Position numbers and translations under genes: made by a program
The notes under the pieces: model-generated
Told to the model about the DNA's origin: nothing
Database searches by the model: none
Seen by the model: only the letters and a program-made list of their open reading frames with translations
Origin: a virus
Lineage: Duplodnaviria; Heunggongvirae; Uroviricota; Caudoviricetes
Length of the DNA: 64,000 nt
IMG/VR virus record: IMGVR_UViG_3300023707_000001
Reading direction: 5' to 3' (one strand)
Shown: positions 28,907-39,480 of the stretch, piece after piece
Numbering within the stretch: the stretch's first letter is position 1
Layout of the letters: every line of letters starts with the position of its first letter

Positions 28907-29974
28907 ATGACAAATAATGATGTAGTCCCACGTAAAGACCTAGAGGGCAATCTCGGCACAGAGAAAAAGAAATGGGATACTCTGTGGGTAGATAAGATAA
29001 ACGGTGAGAATGCCGAAGAAGTTATTGCAGGCGCAGTTGGTATCGGCGCCGTGCAACAATTCTTACAGACATCTATCCCGGACGGCTGGCTTTCTCTGGA
29101 AGATGGGATAGAAGTTTCGAGAAATACCTACCCAAGTCTTTGGGCATGGGTACAGGAAAATGCTCCGCTGATTACCGACGAAGAATGGTTGACTAAAGCA
29201 GTTACTCAAAAAGCAGTTGCTTATTATTCTCTTGGCGATGGTGAAACTACCTTTAGATTACCACGATTATTAGGATTCGCCGAAGGCAAAGCCGCTAAAA
29301 ACGTTGGCGAATTAAGTGAAGCTGGATTGCCAAACATTACAGGTGAATCTGGCGTACGATTTATTATGAATAATAATGTACCAAAAAGTGGTGCTTTAGA
29401 TGGTTATGCAATGCAATCAAAAGAAGGGTGCGGCTTAGCCTTCGGTTCCTCTAGCGTTTCCTGTGGTGGTGTTGCTATGGATGCCTCTCGCTCCTCCCCC
29501 ATTTACGGTAACTCCATCACGGTACAACCTGAATCCTTTGGCCTTGTCTGGTGCGTAAAAGCTTTCGGCGCCGCCATAAAACAAGGGGTAGTTAATGTCA
29601 CTTCTCTTTCCCATGATGTGGCAATGAAAGCGAATAGAGATTTATCCAATCTCTCGGATAAAGGCAACCGGAAAGGATTCCCAAGTAAAACATGGGTTAG
29701 TATTCCTATAACGGACAATAAAAAACTAATATATACGCCTCCAGCTAACGGATGGGTTCAGGCTTCAATGAGTGCATCAATTAATAATACCGCTGCTGCA
29801 TGGCTTACATTCGGTAACGGTTCAATGGCGACATTCGCCTACCACAGTACACATGATGCCGGATTGGGATTTGCAAACAGTATTCCTGTGGTAAAAGGAA
29901 GAGGGGTGAGTGTGCAAGCGGAAAACTGCACAATCACATCCGCATCTTTTATCTATGCAGAAGGAGAAATTTAG
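28907..29974 (+). CDS. Tail fibre protein (cassette 1)
   Basis: Collar-like IPDGWL...YPSLW...GDGETTFRLP, EAGLPNITG, DASRSSPIYG..TVQP. Confidence 0.8.
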   Translation: MTNNDVVPRKDLEGNLGTEKKKWDTLWVDKINGENAEEVIAGAVGIGAVQQFLQTSIPDGWLSLEDGIEVSRNTYPSLWAWVQENAPLITDEEWLTKAVTQKAVAYYSLGDGETTFRLPRLLGFAEGKAAKNVGELSEAGLPNITGESGVRFIMNNNVPKSGALDGYAMQSKEGCGLAFGSSSVSCGGVAMDASRSSPIYGNSITVQPESFGLVWCVKAFGAAIKQGVVNVTSLSHDVAMKANRDLSNLSDKGNRKGFPSKTWVSIPITDNKKLIYTPPANGWVQASMSASINNTAAAWLTFGNGSMATFAYHSTHDAGLGFANSIPVVKGRGVSVQAENCTITSASFIYAEGEI

Positions 29975-29980
29975 ATAAAT

Positions 29981-30367
29981 ATGAGTAGTTATATTGCATA
30001 TAAAGAAAATGAAGACGGTTCTATCCAGGTTCTGGCGGGCAGCCCAAATCCTGCTGTGTTCTCAGCAATCCTGCCGGACGGAACCGAATATAAAATTCAT
30101 AACGGTGAAACATTTACAGCGGGCGGCAAAACCTGGCTCGCAAATACTGCAGACGGCTATCTTGAAGCCAAAGCAGAGGAAGAAAAGCAGGCTGCCATTG
30201 CCCAGCTCGATAGTAAGTATAATACCGATAAGGCTTCTTTAAGCGAACAGTATACCTCTGCTATGATGGCGGACGACATAGAACTCGCCGATGAGATTAA
30301 AGCGGAGCTTATTGCACTTAATGAACAGTATGACGCCGATTATACAAAAATCATGGAGGAAAAATAA
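29981..30367 (+). CDS. Putative tail fibre chaperone (cassette 1)
   Basis: Follows the fibre gene; C-terminal helices paralogous to 31749-32078. Confidence 0.55.
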   Translation: MSSYIAYKENEDGSIQVLAGSPNPAVFSAILPDGTEYKIHNGETFTAGGKTWLANTADGYLEAKAEEEKQAAIAQLDSKYNTDKASLSEQYTSAMMADDIELADEIKAELIALNEQYDADYTKIMEEK

Positions 30368-30368
30368 T

Positions 30369-30590
30369 ATGGCATTAATTCCAAGATGCAACCGCTGCAT
30401 CCACAAGATGCGTAACGATGGTACGGAACAGGCACCCAAATGGGTTTGTAATAACAAAAAATGCGTAAAGTATGTAAAACCTGTTCCAAAAGAAGAGATT
30501 AAGCCAGTTACCGAAGAGGTTGCAGAAACACCCGTCACTCCTGCAGAGGATGTAAAGCAGGAAGAACCTGCGGATAAAACACAGGCATGA
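30369..30590 (+). CDS. Small Zn-ribbon-like protein (cassette 1)
   Basis: CNRC...MRNDGT...WVCNNKKC. Confidence 0.6.
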   Translation: MALIPRCNRCIHKMRNDGTEQAPKWVCNNKKCVKYVKPVPKEEIKPVTEEVAETPVTPAEDVKQEEPADKTQA

Positions 30591-30650
30591 AATATAAAAG
30601 CGGGCGGATTAAATTTCGCCCGAAAATTCATGTCTTAAAAGGAGAATCTT

Positions 30651-31682
30651 ATGTTAGAAACAAGAGATATTGTTCCCATGCAAAATGGCGAGGGTAATAT
30701 TGGTACAGAGAGTAAAAAGTGGAAAAACCTCTGGGTTGAAAATATTAATGGTGCAAATGCTGATGGCATACCGGTTGGTATAATTCTCGCTTATGGCGGT
30801 AACGGCAATGTTCCTGCAGGGTATCTTCTGTGTGATGGTTCTACCGTATCGCGCGAGATGTTCCCCGATTTATTCAAGGCCGTTGGAACGGATTACGGTG
30901 CTGGAGATGGAAGCACAACATTTAATCTCCCCGATTACAACCAGGCAAAACGTTTCGTGCAGGGCAGTATGACTGCAGGTACGGTTAAAGAAGCAGGGCT
31001 CCCAGATATCAAGGGGAGAATAATGGATACTCCAGAGGTAAACGGTGGATATGCTGGAACAGGAGCTTTTGCTGTTGACAGTGGGGTTGCAGGGGGTGGA
31101 ACGAATGGTATTACACCAGGAGCTAATTGGGTTGGGAGTACTCTCGATGTTGTGTGGAGAAGTTTTGACGCCTCCCGCTCCTCCAATATCTATGGCAAGA
31201 GCGATACGGTTCAACCGGATGCTCTTACCGCACGTTATATTATCAAGGCATTTAGTGGCCAAAGTGAGGATAGTGCACTTGTAAATATTACGAACTATGT
31301 AAATGACCTTGCCGGCAAAGCTAATCGCAGCTTGAGCAACCTGACGGAAGCTGGAAGGGCATTCAGTTTTCCGAGCGATACGTTTGTGAGTATGGGGATC
31401 GCAGCCAACGGACAGACATATATTACGCCTGCCGATGGCTGCGTTTATCTTACTTGTGTCGCACTCGGTTCCAGTTGGATAGCGTGCACCGATTCCGTTA
31501 GCGGGCTACGTTTTACAGATGTTACAGGTACAGCAAGCCAAATCTTAGCTTTTGTACAACCAGTAAGAAAAGGGCAAACGCTAATAATAGGGTATTCTAA
31601 CGTAGGCGGTTTTGACGCCAGATTCTACTATGCCCAAGGCGAAGTACCTGGTGGGGATGCGCTTGTCGAAAATCCCACTTAA
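30651..31682 (+). CDS. Tail fibre protein with tail-collar domain (cassette 2)
   Basis: PVGIILAYGG..VPAGYLLCDGSTVSR..FPDLF..VGT.YGAGDGSTTFNLPD. Confidence 0.88.
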   Translation: MLETRDIVPMQNGEGNIGTESKKWKNLWVENINGANADGIPVGIILAYGGNGNVPAGYLLCDGSTVSREMFPDLFKAVGTDYGAGDGSTTFNLPDYNQAKRFVQGSMTAGTVKEAGLPDIKGRIMDTPEVNGGYAGTGAFAVDSGVAGGGTNGITPGANWVGSTLDVVWRSFDASRSSNIYGKSDTVQPDALTARYIIKAFSGQSEDSALVNITNYVNDLAGKANRSLSNLTEAGRAFSFPSDTFVSMGIAANGQTYITPADGCVYLTCVALGSSWIACTDSVSGLRFTDVTGTASQILAFVQPVRKGQTLIIGYSNVGGFDARFYYAQGEVPGGDALVENPT

Positions 31683-31748
31683 AAAGCTGCGCTTACCATA
31701 AAGATTTACAGTAATGGTTAGTTAAGAAAAGGAGTAACCAAAAACAAA

Positions 31749-32078
31749 ATGATTTGGTATAACACAGAAACACACGTGATGCAGACAACAAATCCTGCGG
31801 GCGGATGGCGTTCTGCAGAATACATGGCCCAGAATTATCCCGAGTGGAAACAGGTAGAGGACGATTTTGAGCCGCCCGCAGTTGAGCACGTTCCAACAAA
31901 AGAGGAAAAGCTTGCTGCACTGGACAAAGGGTATGAAGCACAGCGCAAGGAGCTGACGGATTACTTTGTTCAGGCAATGCTTTCTGGAGACACAGAACTT
32001 CAGGAAGAAATGCGAACAACGCTGGCAGAACTCAATGAAGAATATGACAGCCAGCGCAAAGAGATTGAAAAGGAGTAA
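31749..32078 (+). CDS. Putative tail fibre chaperone (cassette 2)
   Basis: LAALD..Y......L...F..AM..GD.EL..E paralogous to 29981. Confidence 0.55.
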   Translation: MIWYNTETHVMQTTNPAGGWRSAEYMAQNYPEWKQVEDDFEPPAVEHVPTKEEKLAALDKGYEAQRKELTDYFVQAMLSGDTELQEEMRTTLAELNEEYDSQRKEIEKE

Positions 32079-32084
32079 TGTATC

Positions 32085-32282
32085 ATGGCTTTAACACCAG
32101 TCAAGAAAAGATGTATGCGCTGCCTTAAGGTTATGCGTAATGACGGCACGGAAGAAGAACCGAAATGGGTCTGCAACAACAGCAAATGTGTCCGCTACGT
32201 AGAGCCACAGGAAAAATCCGAAGACAAGCCGGCAGGGGAAGCACCGGTTGTCGAAAGCGCAGAAACGAAAAGTAAAGAATGA
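32085..32282 (+). CDS. Small Zn-ribbon-like protein (cassette 2)
   Basis: CMRC...MRNDGT...WVCNNSKC. Confidence 0.6.
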   Translation: MALTPVKKRCMRCLKVMRNDGTEEEPKWVCNNSKCVRYVEPQEKSEDKPAGEAPVVESAETKSKE

Positions 32283-32293
32283 GCCTGTAGCAC

Positions 32294-33568
32294 ATGGTAT
32301 TAACAGACGCATTAAGGGATTTACGAAGAAAAATAGAATCTCTGTTCAAGCTTCTCGGTGAGCTCAAAGCAAACATGGAAATGGCGGAGACCCGTGCCAG
32401 GGAAGCAGAGGCCCGCATAGAAAAAGCAGAAACTCACATCCAGGAAGTAAAAACAGAGATTATAGAATCCTCCACGCCGAAAGGTGGCGGGAAAGAACCT
32501 GCACCAATTACGGATTTTGTGGTTGGCCAATATGGTTATCAAAGTATCTTTGTTTTTAACGGCTTCGTTCTTGGCAAGGAAAACTATGCAGGCATTCAAG
32601 TTCGCATAGATGGAGAAGACTGGGATTCAGCACAGGAGGTTTGTCAATTCGGTAAATTTCCATACCGTTTTGAAATCCCGGATATTCAGGAAGGGGTTCA
32701 TACCTTCCGCGCAAAAACGATAAACGATGCAGGCCGTGAGTCCGCGCAGGAAAAAACGTTTGTCGTAAATGTAAGAAGCATCGAAGGCGTTAAAAATATA
32801 TACCGCAATAACGACATTGTAAATGGCAACCTGAAAGTTAGTGGGCTTATTCATAACAACAATAATGAGCTGGTCGATATATGGAACGCAGATTTTGACG
32901 ATGTATGGGATAGAAATATTGGCGATAGCGAAATTGTCGATATGGATATTGGAGAAAATCCGTCCATAATTTCAAAAGTAATCGATACGGGCGGCGGCGG
33001 AATGAAAAACGTCAAGTACGAACTCGAATACAATACGCTTCTTGCAAACCCCAGATTTGAGGATGTATGGGATGATACCTTTGACGATTTTTGGAATAAC
33101 GCATCGTTAAAGATAAAAACACAGACTCAATGCCAGATATATATTCGTTATTCAAAAGACAATGTAAACTGGACGGACTGGCAGCTCTATACGCCAGCGA
33201 CTTACATATTCAGGTATATTCAGTACAAAATAGTGTTTTATAACGTGGACGAAGCTGCAAAGATTTGCATCAAAAAGCTTATTCCGAACTACAACGTACA
33301 AAAAAGGGAATATATCATTTCAAAAACAACGGATAAGAAAGGTTATATTCATATAACATTTGATGACGAGTTTTACGAAATGCCAACCGTGATAAGTATT
33401 AGGTCGGAGTCCAGCACCGTAGAATGTGCCGGCGTTGAAAACTTGACAACAAAAGGCTGCGATGTTCGGACGTGGACATTGTTCACATACAGAGACAGCA
33501 ACGGCAACTATAGAGCGCAGAAAACACTGAGTTCAGCGAACTTTACATTAATAGTAAAAGGATGTTAA
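32294..33568 (+). CDS. Putative tail tip/baseplate protein
   Basis: Fn3-like segment and IRYSKDNVNWTDWQ...Y.FRYIQYK motif. Confidence 0.5.
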   Translation: MVLTDALRDLRRKIESLFKLLGELKANMEMAETRAREAEARIEKAETHIQEVKTEIIESSTPKGGGKEPAPITDFVVGQYGYQSIFVFNGFVLGKENYAGIQVRIDGEDWDSAQEVCQFGKFPYRFEIPDIQEGVHTFRAKTINDAGRESAQEKTFVVNVRSIEGVKNIYRNNDIVNGNLKVSGLIHNNNNELVDIWNADFDDVWDRNIGDSEIVDMDIGENPSIISKVIDTGGGGMKNVKYELEYNTLLANPRFEDVWDDTFDDFWNNASLKIKTQTQCQIYIRYSKDNVNWTDWQLYTPATYIFRYIQYKIVFYNVDEAAKICIKKLIPNYNVQKREYIISKTTDKKGYIHITFDDEFYEMPTVISIRSESSTVECAGVENLTTKGCDVRTWTLFTYRDSNGNYRAQKTLSSANFTLIVKGC

Positions 33569-36159
33569 AAGGAAAAATGCAAAAATATAATGACCAGGGA
33601 ATAATCGAAAAAGGAAAGCAGCAGTCAATTCGTGAATACTGCGAAAACCTGCAGAAGAACACGGATGTTTTGCGCGGTAACTTTCCAGGAAAAAAATTCC
33701 CGACATTCCCGGTAGTAGGCCAGCACTGCTTCCGGGAAGACCTGAATGTAGAATACGTCTACACGGAAGATGGCTGGATCGAAAACGATAAATACAATGC
33801 AAGCACAAAAGAGCTGGAGGCTGCACGCGGAACAGCAGAAAGCCTTGCTAAACGTCTGGACAAATCACTCAATCCGGACGGTAGTATAAAAGCGAATGCC
33901 GATGTTGCGCTCAGCTCGGAAAGCATTGCTGTTAAAGGCGTTGATACGATAAACCTGGCCGACGGTGCAGTCACCAACGAAAAAATCGCAGACAACGCTA
34001 TAACGCTTGATAAGATTGCAGAAGGTGTTCTCCGCTCTCAGGATTTTGATGTTCGCTCCACGCGTTTCAAGAATCATATTGCAAGCGGTATGGGTGTCGA
34101 AATCAGTGAAGCAACAGGCGAAGCTGTGGTAACTCCCGGCCGAGCTTTTATTAATAATGAATACCTTGACCTTTTCAAAGAACAGAGCATTCCAGAGCTT
34201 AAGAACAAAAGAGGTTTGCTCTATGCCGAAAAAGCTCCGAATGGCAAAGAGGTAAGTATCGGATTTAAGGAATTTATTCGCCCGTCCCAGCTTCCGCAGA
34301 TTAAAGCAATTCCTGCAGATGACCTGCGCTTTATGGCAGAGTTTGAGGTAAACCCCGCAACTCCTGCTCAGGCCATTCCTGACCTTTCGGGCGGCGGTGC
34401 AAATTTAAGCGTAGCAGGCGCACCCGATACGGTTACTTTTGAAAACCGTGTAGGCTGGATTTCTCCGAGAAGCGGTAAGGCGAACAATACGTATTGGCGT
34501 ACGGCAGATAAGGCATTCAAAGGTATAAAAGCTGGCCCGTGGTCCATGCTTCATTATTTTATACCGGATGAAAACAGCGCCGGCACATTTCCATTCTCCT
34601 TCTGGTGCACGGAAGGTTATGCCTGGAACGTATATTTCAAGCTTTCCGATTACAACGCAAAAGACCAGACGTTTAATTTTGGCGTATATAACAACCGATA
34701 TGAGAACACATCCTCTGGTATCGCTGGCCACATGTGCCGTGTTTACCGTAACCGGCCAAACCTTGTTGTATATGAGATTGACGAAACAAGCTCTTCCATT
34801 TACGTCAATGGTGTCCTGGTTTACAAAATAAAGGCGCAGCACACCTTTGAAGAAGGACGCGGCGGCAGAATTTGTATCGGGGCTTACGCAAACAGCCTTA
34901 ATTATATCGGTTCCCAGATTCCTCTCTTCTCCTGTATCCGCAATGGTAACTGGGGAGAAAGTGCAATCGCTTCCATGGCAAATATGCTTGGATTGCCCAA
35001 TGAACACATGGGCTTTGACGCTAAGACGCCTAAAATTTTCCGCGACATTGAAACGTCGGAACGGCATAAAGGCTTCCATGCATGGAACTTTGCAGAAGAC
35101 TCCGGTATGTACGTTTACGATGAAAACAAGGCCAACCGGATGGATGGCACACTTGTAAACTGCGGTCGAATTGAAAGCGACGGTAAGAGCGACAGCAAAT
35201 CGGTTGCAGTAGTAGCTGCATCACAGGGACACGTATCATTCGGTAATTATGGCCTGCCGGATGAGTTCTCAATGTTTGTATGTTGCTCTATCTATGCAGA
35301 CGGCACAGTAATGTCCTGCTATGATGGCAATACGGGCGGTTTTATTGTCGACGTTTCTTCCAGACAAATCCGTCTCTGGCTTAATGGTTGGAACACAACA
35401 GGGCTGTATATCCCATTTGGCACGCCGGTAATCATCGGTGTGACGATTAATAAGCGCAACGGAACATACCGTGTATACGCAGACAGTCTCGAGTATAACA
35501 GGAATGTATTCGCGCCAAGTACAGCATTTGGGGCATCATCTCCGTTATACATCGGCAGGCGTAGCACTGCTTATTCCACCATGAGCATTCATGCCGCCTG
35601 CATGGCCAACCGTACGATGGCGGACGGTGAGATTAGCGCCGTATTCCGGGCTTACAAAACCCGCAAGTACAGAAACATTCTGGATGATATGGGGCTTACA
35701 GACAAAGCGGTTATCGGTATGATAAAGACGGATGGATACGGCCGCCTGGAACACATGGAAACGTATCCGAGATGGGGCCGCAGATTAAATCCGTACCATG
35801 ATAAATACTTCCTTGGATGGTATCAGAGTGGCGCGGCCGGAGAAGTTACGATTCCCAATCTCTATGGTACGGCAAGAGCGAAAGTAAATGTTTATGCCCA
35901 GCTGGATAAAAACTCCTCCATTATAAAATATATGGGCGGTTTCGTTCCGGGGGTAGCTTCAACCGGAGCACTCTCTGGCACGGGTTTTGATATTCTGGGC
36001 ATTAACTCGGATTGCATTCGTTATTATGTAGAGCCTACTGCAATAGGCAAGGGGATTAAAGCAGTATCTGCCGCTCGTACAGGCGGAAATGTCCCCTGGA
36101 TTGGTTTCGAGATGGAACCTATGGCGGAAAATGAAGAAATCGATAACTCCGATTTCTAA
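33562..36159 (+). CDS. Large tail/receptor-binding protein with two LamG (ConA-like) domains
   Basis: LADGAVTNEKIADNAIT repeat; IYVNGVLV...ICIG and LYIGR...NRTM...EI motifs. Confidence 0.6.
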   Translation: MLKGKMQKYNDQGIIEKGKQQSIREYCENLQKNTDVLRGNFPGKKFPTFPVVGQHCFREDLNVEYVYTEDGWIENDKYNASTKELEAARGTAESLAKRLDKSLNPDGSIKANADVALSSESIAVKGVDTINLADGAVTNEKIADNAITLDKIAEGVLRSQDFDVRSTRFKNHIASGMGVEISEATGEAVVTPGRAFINNEYLDLFKEQSIPELKNKRGLLYAEKAPNGKEVSIGFKEFIRPSQLPQIKAIPADDLRFMAEFEVNPATPAQAIPDLSGGGANLSVAGAPDTVTFENRVGWISPRSGKANNTYWRTADKAFKGIKAGPWSMLHYFIPDENSAGTFPFSFWCTEGYAWNVYFKLSDYNAKDQTFNFGVYNNRYENTSSGIAGHMCRVYRNRPNLVVYEIDETSSSIYVNGVLVYKIKAQHTFEEGRGGRICIGAYANSLNYIGSQIPLFSCIRNGNWGESAIASMANMLGLPNEHMGFDAKTPKIFRDIETSERHKGFHAWNFAEDSGMYVYDENKANRMDGTLVNCGRIESDGKSDSKSVAVVAASQGHVSFGNYGLPDEFSMFVCCSIYADGTVMSCYDGNTGGFIVDVSSRQIRLWLNGWNTTGLYIPFGTPVIIGVTINKRNGTYRVYADSLEYNRNVFAPSTAFGASSPLYIGRRSTAYSTMSIHAACMANRTMADGEISAVFRAYKTRKYRNILDDMGLTDKAVIGMIKTDGYGRLEHMETYPRWGRRLNPYHDKYFLGWYQSGAAGEVTIPNLYGTARAKVNVYAQLDKNSSIIKYMGGFVPGVASTGALSGTGFDILGINSDCIRYYVEPTAIGKGIKAVSAARTGGNVPWIGFEMEPMAENEEIDNSDF

Positions 36160-36228
36160 GTTGTCTACGACTTATAACTCTCCCAAAACTATATTCTCAT
36201 CTCAATATGACTACCATCCGAAATCATC

Positions 36229-36290
36229 GGTAATATATCGGATGAGTGGGGCACGATACGGCGACCGCAAAGGTCGCCTTTCGTGTCTCC
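36229..36290 (+). promoter_or_regulatory. Putative late promoter (GGTAATAT) plus 5' leader hairpin
   Basis: GGTAATATATC(G/C)GATG shared with 40619, each followed by a long stem-loop. Confidence 0.5.
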
Positions 36291-36329
36291 ATGGGAGAAA
36301 ATTCTATATTATATAAGGAGTAGTGTTAC

Positions 36330-37385
36330 ATGTCACTTACCAATCTTTCTCAGATTAAAGGTCTGAAAAATCTTCGCGGCGACGTTGACCTCCTGCTGAA
36401 GTCTTATGACGCAGCCAAGGTTGTTACTCAAATCGCCAAAGCGGAAGGCGAAGGTAATTACAATGTCGAGGAACTGCTCGAAGCATTGAAGGCCAAATTG
36501 GATGCTATCACTGGTACATCTGGAGAAGGCGGAGAAGAAGGCCACTCTCTTGAATCCCTGAAGAAAGCCGTTGATGAGCTGAAGAATAAAGAGCTCGCCG
36601 GCATTATCTACAATCCGGAATACGACAACGACCCGTTCGGCGTTGAGGAGTTTATCCAGGAAACAGTAAAACTTGGCGACGAAGACCAAAATGGCAACTT
36701 TAGCGAAATCCTGGTAAGAACTGCAAACGAACTTGTTGATGCAAAAGCTTATCAGGACGCTCTGGATGCGCTCGTAGCAAAACTTGCCGCCAACAAGGAA
36801 CTCATCGAAGCTGTTAAGGCTCTCGTGGGCGATAAGGGTACGCAGGCCCAGATTGATGAAGCAATCGCTAACGTCAATGCTGCACTGGAGCAGAAGGCTG
36901 ACCAGGCTGACGTTGAAAAGGCTGATGCGGCCGCAAAGGTTCTCGATACCCGCGTTAAGGCTCTCGAAGATGGCGCAACTGCTGAAGTACAGGATGTTAT
37001 CGAACTTGGTGACGCACAGGTAGCTCTGCCGATGACGCAGGAAGCTACGGATAAGGAAGTACGCGTTTATGTAAACGGCGCCGTTTACTACGAAAACGAT
37101 GACTTCACCGTTGACCGCAAGAAGCAGGAAGTTACCTGGACGCTGCCCGATTTCGAGCTGACCAAGGCTATCGCTTCCAAGGTAACGGTTAAGTATTTTG
37201 CTTCCCTTGGTTTAGGCGAAGAACCGTTTGACCCGAGCCTCATCCAGATTGATGACTCCAAAATCGTTCTGACTCGTGAAGAGCCCGAAAAGAGTTTCAA
37301 TGTAACTATCCCGGCTGACTGTACGCTGGAAGTAGTTCCGTCTGACCCGGACGCTGTTGAAGTAACGGTTACGGAAGTACAGTAA
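36330..37385 (+). CDS. Abundant virion fibre-like protein (paralog A)
   Basis: MSLTNL.QIKG...LLKSYDAAKV N-terminus shared with 40726; coiled coil; biased codon use. Confidence 0.6.
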   Translation: MSLTNLSQIKGLKNLRGDVDLLLKSYDAAKVVTQIAKAEGEGNYNVEELLEALKAKLDAITGTSGEGGEEGHSLESLKKAVDELKNKELAGIIYNPEYDNDPFGVEEFIQETVKLGDEDQNGNFSEILVRTANELVDAKAYQDALDALVAKLAANKELIEAVKALVGDKGTQAQIDEAIANVNAALEQKADQADVEKADAAAKVLDTRVKALEDGATAEVQDVIELGDAQVALPMTQEATDKEVRVYVNGAVYYENDDFTVDRKKQEVTWTLPDFELTKAIASKVTVKYFASLGLGEEPFDPSLIQIDDSKIVLTREEPEKSFNVTIPADCTLEVVPSDPDAVEVTVTEVQ

Positions 37386-37472
37386 TCGTTTTATTAGTTT
37401 AGCGCGGCGCCCATTATTAAGGCGCCCTTACGCTAACTATGGTATACCTCATTAGAGATTGGAGATTTTTAC

Positions 37473-38573
37473 TTGAAGACAAAGACCTATAAAGTTGAAA
37501 CAAAAGCGCTTAAAGATAGCGACATTGATTTAAATATCAATATCCTGCAGAAAGAAAAAGTATTGCACACTTATATCCGCAAGATGGAAGCAGACTTAAA
37601 GAAGTATTTCAACATTGATGGAAACAACCCTATGATTGGACAGGCAGGATTTGCGAGTAACGAAATCATTGAAGAATGCTTTATTATTCCGGATTCAGAC
37701 AATGCAAAATTGGGGTATGGAATGTTTGCTGGGCTCAGTGCAAAAAAAATGCTCCATATAAACGAGACTAAAGGAACAGAAAAACTCGTTTCGCTCTCAG
37801 CTGCATTTTATTATAATACCGCATTGGAAGAGCTCAATTTATCCAAATGGAATGTCTCCAATGTTGCCGATATGAGTAGCATTTTTTATAATTGCCCGTC
37901 ATTGAAGAAAATTAACCTTTCGAATTGGAAGGCCGAGTCTTGTACAAATATGTCTGCGATGTTCGCATTGTGCGGCGCATTAACCGAGCTAAAGTTGACG
38001 GATTTTAGAGCACCTGTAGTCACCAATATGAGTAACGTATTTGCAGGCTGCTCTCACTTGACGGAACTGGATGTGTCGGGCTTTAACACATCAGCCGTAA
38101 CAGACATGAGCGTAGCTTTTGGGCAGATTGGCGCAAACGCTGAAAAACCCTGTGTAATTAGCGGATTAGAAAAACTTGACGTAAGTAACGTAACAAACAT
38201 GAGCAACATGTTTATGGAAAGCAATATTACTCATGTGGATATTTCCAAGTGGAATCTTAACGCCAAGGTCGATGTTGACTCTATGTTTAAAGACTCCAAG
38301 GTTAAAGAAGTCACGGTATGCGACTTTTCAAAACTGGAAGGCACGCAAGATATGTTTGCTGACTGCCCGGAACTTACGACAATCAATGGCGTAGTTGATT
38401 TGGCAAAAGCTTTCCCGACTGGTGGCGCGACAAACATGTTTAAAGGTTGTCCTAAATTGAGCGGAGTCAAAATTAGACTACCTAAAGACAGCTTGACTGG
38501 TATCTACAAGCATAAATCAAACATAGCAAATGCTCTCGGTCTTTCTGAGAACCAGTTTGAAATAGTAGATTGA
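37473..38573 (+). CDS. BspA/DUF285-type repeat protein
   Basis: WNVSNVADMSSIFYNC..L..LNLS.W repeats. Confidence 0.8.
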   Translation: MKTKTYKVETKALKDSDIDLNINILQKEKVLHTYIRKMEADLKKYFNIDGNNPMIGQAGFASNEIIEECFIIPDSDNAKLGYGMFAGLSAKKMLHINETKGTEKLVSLSAAFYYNTALEELNLSKWNVSNVADMSSIFYNCPSLKKINLSNWKAESCTNMSAMFALCGALTELKLTDFRAPVVTNMSNVFAGCSHLTELDVSGFNTSAVTDMSVAFGQIGANAEKPCVISGLEKLDVSNVTNMSNMFMESNITHVDISKWNLNAKVDVDSMFKDSKVKEVTVCDFSKLEGTQDMFADCPELTTINGVVDLAKAFPTGGATNMFKGCPKLSGVKIRLPKDSLTGIYKHKSNIANALGLSENQFEIVD

Positions 38574-38643
38574 TTTATTTAATAAGCGGGGAACTCCCTT
38601 AAGGGAATCCTCGCTTAATTTTAAAAATAAAGGAGACCCCCCC

Positions 38644-39480
38644 ATGGATAACAAGATTTATAATGTAACAGTAAAAGGGAAACACTCCGTCGGAGGAGAG
38701 TTAATCTTCAACCTTAGCAGAGATGGCAAATTGCTCGGCAGTGTTAACAAAAAATTGGATGCGGATATGAAAATAATCCTGACCAAAGACAAATACACCA
38801 TGTCCAGTATATTGCCAGACTATTACAAAATGAAAGAAATATATGTAAAAGACCTGGATATAAGCGAACTCGATAGCATGCAAGAAATGTTTTGCGGAGC
38901 AATGGCATTGGAGAAAATTGACCTATCCTCTTTTGATACCAAAAACATAACAAATATGAGATGCTTATTCTTGAACTGCTACCGATTATCGGACATCAAT
39001 CTTTCTGGTCTTGACACTGGTAAGGTCGGCACGATGTGCGATATGCTCTCAAACACCAACATATCCTCTATTGATATTTCAAATTTCAAAACGGACAGCC
39101 TGATTGATATGACGAGAATGTTCAAATCGTGTTGCGAACTGACATCCGTCCGCCTTCCTAAGATAACGGCTCAAAACAAAGGATTGAGTATGGAAGAAAT
39201 GTTCTTCGGATGCAGCAAGCTGACTTCCATTGATTTTTCAAACATAGACACAAGCTCGGTTAAATACATGGGAAGTATGTTTAAGTTTTGCCAAAAACTC
39301 ACCACAATCAGTGGAGTCATCGATATGAAGTCGTGCCTTAACTTTGAATATATGTTTTTTGAATGTCCCAAGATAAGCGGGCTGAAGATAAAAAATCCGC
39401 CGGAAGAATTCATGACTTTTAACAGCGCCGGATATAACAAGGCTTATCTCAATGCTAAACAATTTGAGGTAGTAGAATAA
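38644..39480 (+). CDS. BspA/DUF285-type repeat protein
   Basis: FDTKNITNM..LF..C..L..I.LS repeats and a KNPPEEF cap. Confidence 0.8.
   Translation: MDNKIYNVTVKGKHSVGGELIFNLSRDGKLLGSVNKKLDADMKIILTKDKYTMSSILPDYYKMKEIYVKDLDISELDSMQEMFCGAMALEKIDLSSFDTKNITNMRCLFLNCYRLSDINLSGLDTGKVGTMCDMLSNTNISSIDISNFKTDSLIDMTRMFKSCCELTSVRLPKITAQNKGLSMEEMFFGCSKLTSIDFSNIDTSSVKYMGSMFKFCQKLTTISGVIDMKSCLNFEYMFFECPKISGLKIKNPPEEFMTFNSAGYNKAYLNAKQFEVVE

Noticed and set aside
28907-32282. Invertible tail-fibre shufflon
   Set aside because: The cassettes are complete genes in direct orientation, with no inverted crossover sites or adjacent invertase seen.
37383-37472. Read-through or small intron fusing 36330 to the in-frame 37473
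   Set aside because: Three in-frame stops, no intron core, and the downstream gene has its own RBS; the shared frame may be chance.
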